From Escherichia virus TH15: a stretch of DNA of 64,000 nt. Location of the stretch: sequence record MT446392.1; one strand, given 5' to 3'. This document shows, piece after piece, positions 61,110 to 64,000 of this stretch. The notes under the pieces were generated by a model. The model did no database searches and was not told the DNA's origin. It was given only the letters and a program-made list of their open reading frames with translations. Position numbers and translations under genes: made by a program. The stretch's first letter is position 1. Every line of letters begins with the position of its first letter.

Positions 61110-62114
61110 TTAGAATTCAAAAATAATATTAACTTCTTCTGTCTGGTCCATTGCACGGATAATCGGCGGACGGTTTTCCATGTAAATCATTTCCCCAGAA
61201 TGACGGTCCAAATCAATCGCATCATAGTATTCTTTGATTGCTTTGATATTTGGGTCATTAGGGTGAACTTTTACTTCCAATGGGTTAGCAATAATCGACA
61301 GCTGACGGAAACCTTTGTTACCTGGTAAACTAAATTCCGGGAAGTAAATGGAATCCATGAATGCTTTAAATCGAATCGTATAACCTTTAATTCGATAAAT
61401 CAATCCATAATCATTTTGCTGCCAGCTGATATTGTCTGCATATCCCCAACGAACAGGGTCTTCCTCAATTTCTTCCGGCCATGGAACAACGATATATTCG
61501 TTTGTGCATCGGTTGATAGACACATCCGGTGGAATCTCATACAAATATTCCCACAGATAACCATCGCCCATATCAACTCTTCCTTCGGTATCACCTGTAC
61601 CTGCGGGGGCACGGGTTGAGTTAAATTCTGCAGTCCAGCGACCACCGAGTTTTAAGCATTCTTCTTTATTGATAATTGAATAAATGGAGCAAGTACCAAC
61701 ATCCGGAACATCAACACAACGATAAACCATCCAACCTTTACCAACATCTGTTCGGTTATATGGTGCGCTGTTAGCTACAACAATTTCACCGACTTGGAAG
61801 TTCAACGGATTAGGATATCTTATATCACCCCAGTCTTTGCGAGGGACAACACAGTCAAGCATTGATTTGTAAACCTTAACGGCGCCCATCATATTTGTCC
61901 ATGTATCTTCAACACCTTGCGCTGTATCAACAGGATAAGGAGGGGCGAACCCCGGGTCATTCTCATTCGATGCCCAGGGTTCAGCGCGACCGAACGTCAC
62001 ATACATAGTGTTTTCGTCCGGTTCGTTGCCAATCATTTTATAGAAATTATACATTTTTTCCGTTCGAAATTTGGAGGTAATTATCGAACGGTAAACTACA
62101 GTTGAATTATTCAT
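61110..62114 (-). CDS. 8: baseplate wedge protein
   Basis: 334-aa ORF, same length as T4 gp8. Confidence 0.88.
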   Translation of the reverse strand: MNNSTVVYRSIITSKFRTEKMYNFYKMIGNEPDENTMYVTFGRAEPWASNENDPGFAPPYPVDTAQGVEDTWTNMMGAVKVYKSMLDCVVPRKDWGDIRYPNPLNFQVGEIVVANSAPYNRTDVGKGWMVYRCVDVPDVGTCSIYSIINKEECLKLGGRWTAEFNSTRAPAGTGDTEGRVDMGDGYLWEYLYEIPPDVSINRCTNEYIVVPWPEEIEEDPVRWGYADNISWQQNDYGLIYRIKGYTIRFKAFMDSIYFPEFSLPGNKGFRQLSIIANPLEVKVHPNDPNIKAIKEYYDAIDLDRHSGEMIYMENRPPIIRAMDQTEEVNIIFEF

Positions 62115-64000
62115 TTACTTTTACCTGTGTCGGGTCTCTAGGGTCACGTGGATTTCCAATATCATCCTTAAGACGTTGATTAACCAAATTGCGCCAGTTA
62201 GAAAATGTAACCGCAGACTGGTCAAACAATGGACTGTACTTTTTACGACGTTCAGAAGGAAGAGTTCCATGGAAATCCGAGAAATCGTTTTCTGCATCGT
62301 AATCGGCCGGTAATGGGAACGGCAATCCAGCATTAGGAGCAATATTATATACTGCTTCACCAGTGACTGGGTTTTTCTCAATATTACCATCAACACCGAT
62401 AACTGCGATACGGTCGCACCATTCAGACGGAATACCAGACGACCAACGATAGTTGTTCAATTTGTTGATGATTGTCTCAGTGTGTTTTAATGACAAACCC
62501 GCGTTAACAAACATCGTCAATAATGTAATTCCAACAAATCCAAATCCAACCGGATGCACAAAACGCAAAACGTCATTGCGATAACGGGAGGTAGGCAGAC
62601 TTGATTTAATAGTCATCACATAATAAGAACGATTTCGGTTGATATAGTCAATATTGTTGCTTAACAATTCTTTACCGCGAACACCCTGAACAATCATACC
62701 TTCGAAAGAAGTTCGTTCGGATTTAATTTCTTGACCGACAATAAAGCGTCCAAGCAAGTTATGGATTGTTATACGCCATCTCAATTTACCCTGTTTATAG
62801 TCACGCTCCATATAAGTTACGTTACTACGGCCAGTTGGGGTGTAAATGGTTTGCCCTACGATATCTTCACTGATATTATCAGATTCAACAATTATGTCGT
62901 ATTCGGTTCCATTCTTGGATTCGATATCAATTTCAACGTCTTCATTGTACAACAATTTAAACAAGAATTTGTAAGACGCTTCAGTCCCCTTGGTTGCCCA
63001 GAAATCTGATTGACGGGCTTCGAAAAACCTTACAACTTCATCACGCTTGGTTTTTGACAAATAAATGTTTCTTTTGTACATCTCACTCCACAAGTATTCC
63101 CATGCATCTTCTTCACGAGGATATTGGTTGCGGATAAGATTTAAAAGGTTGTTGTAATACGTACCAGAGCCATCACTGATAAACTGCAAATAGTATTCAC
63201 AGAATTTTTCAAAGTTGGAATCTTGTAGCAAGTAACTATCCGGTACCATTTTAGTTAACAACGGGCGCAAGTCCGGGTCTTTTTCCTGATTATCATTATC
63301 AGGAGTCCATGGAATATCGTGTTCCTGGTTTTGTAATTCAGCAGTGAACATAATTTCTTTTGGTTTCCAGATAAGGCGAACTTCATCACGCATACGATAG
63401 TCGAATTCAAAATAACCAATAAGTTCCCCTGTATTTTTATGTAACATAATACCGGAAGCATATTTTTTAAAGCCATTAAATTCGATGTTAGGCGCTGTTA
63501 CTGTTACTTGACCTTTGTTCCAATATTCATGCACAATACGTTCCGGGGATGAACCGCCGAATGTATCGATAATTTTTTGATACAACATATCGTTGTACAC
63601 AACCAGAGCTCGGTCAGAAGTCGTAATCCAACAACGAGTATCATCGCGTCTTGACCAGTTGAAAAATGGTTCAGCGTAATAAGTCATTCGACCTGGTTTA
63701 AATTCTTCCCAGCCTGAATCTTTATTTGACCTAAAACTCATCATCAAATAATGCTTGTCATGTATCCATTGTTCGTCGTACACATATTTGACTGCGCTAT
63801 TAACTTCATCAGGGTATTTTTCAGGTAATGCAGTATCTGGTTCCACGGAATAATGGAAGTTACTTGAACTGATAAAAAGTTCAATTCCATCAGTTGACAT
63901 GCTTGTGTAACCATGTTCAATACGGCGACGTTCGTCTTCTGTGTTACCAAAAACTCGTGTCCATGTATCGGTATCAGTATTTAATTTATAAACGCCCTTC
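62107..64000 (-). CDS. 7: baseplate wedge initiator, partial (N-terminus beyond window end)
   Basis: Reading frame stays open from 63900 to the window edge (no stop in frame); T4 gp7 is 1032 aa; synteny. Confidence 0.85.
   Translation of the reverse strand, partial: KGVYKLNTDTDTWTRVFGNTEDERRRIEHGYTSMSTDGIELFISSSNFHYSVEPDTALPEKYPDEVNSAVKYVYDEQWIHDKHYLMMSFRSNKDSGWEEFKPGRMTYYAEPFFNWSRRDDTRCWITTSDRALVVYNDMLYQKIIDTFGGSSPERIVHEYWNKGQVTVTAPNIEFNGFKKYASGIMLHKNTGELIGYFEFDYRMRDEVRLIWKPKEIMFTAELQNQEHDIPWTPDNDNQEKDPDLRPLLTKMVPDSYLLQDSNFEKFCEYYLQFISDGSGTYYNNLLNLIRNQYPREEDAWEYLWSEMYKRNIYLSKTKRDEVVRFFEARQSDFWATKGTEASYKFLFKLLYNEDVEIDIESKNGTEYDIIVESDNISEDIVGQTIYTPTGRSNVTYMERDYKQGKLRWRITIHNLLGRFIVGQEIKSERTSFEGMIVQGVRGKELLSNNIDYINRNRSYYVMTIKSSLPTSRYRNDVLRFVHPVGFGFVGITLLTMFVNAGLSLKHTETIINKLNNYRWSSGIPSEWCDRIAVIGVDGNIEKNPVTGEAVYNIAPNAGLPFPLPADYDAENDFSDFHGTLPSERRKKYSPLFDQSAVTFSNWRNLVNQRLKDDIGNPRDPRDPTQVKVNE

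Noticed and set aside
62107-64000. Gene 7 looking truncated (597 aa) and therefore a possible pseudogene
   Set aside because: The reading frame is open all the way to the window edge on the - strand; the gene simply continues beyond base 64000

Overview
This 64-kb window is a contiguous piece of a T4-like (Tevenvirinae-type) myophage genome, syntenic with phage T4 from td through gene 7. Bases 1-21,970 (+ strand) carry the nucleotide-metabolism and early/middle block: td, nrdA, a freestanding HNH endonuclease, nrdB, denA, rnlA, alc, i-/o-spanins, pseT, cd, gene 31, rIII, a run of small 30.x-type ORFs, DNA ligase (30) and alt. Bases 21,996-64,000 are the virion module, mostly on the - strand: 54-48-29-28-27-51, divergent 26-25-uvsY, uvsW, inh, hoc, rnlB, two tandem gene-24 paralogs, a segD-like GIY-YIG gene, 23-22-21-68-67-20-19-18-17-16-15-14-13-wac-12-11-10-9-8 and the C-terminal part of gene 7, which runs off the window. 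No rRNA, tRNA or CRISPR array was seen, and td and nrdB are intron-less. The most unusual content is a late-promoter-driven two-gene insertion beside hoc that encodes a collagen-like protein (49 Gly-X-Y triplets) and a second Hoc-type capsid-binding protein. Other notable points are a duplicated gene 24, an Alc N-terminal paralog, a ~400-bp ORF-free region followed by a tiny basic ORF, and reused promoter, ribosome-binding and terminator cassettes. All protein calls rest on my recollection of T4 protein sequences, gene order and lengths plus motifs read directly from the sequence; no database search or folding was run. The ORF track reports some non-ATG starts as M, so several starts were re-assigned by eye.
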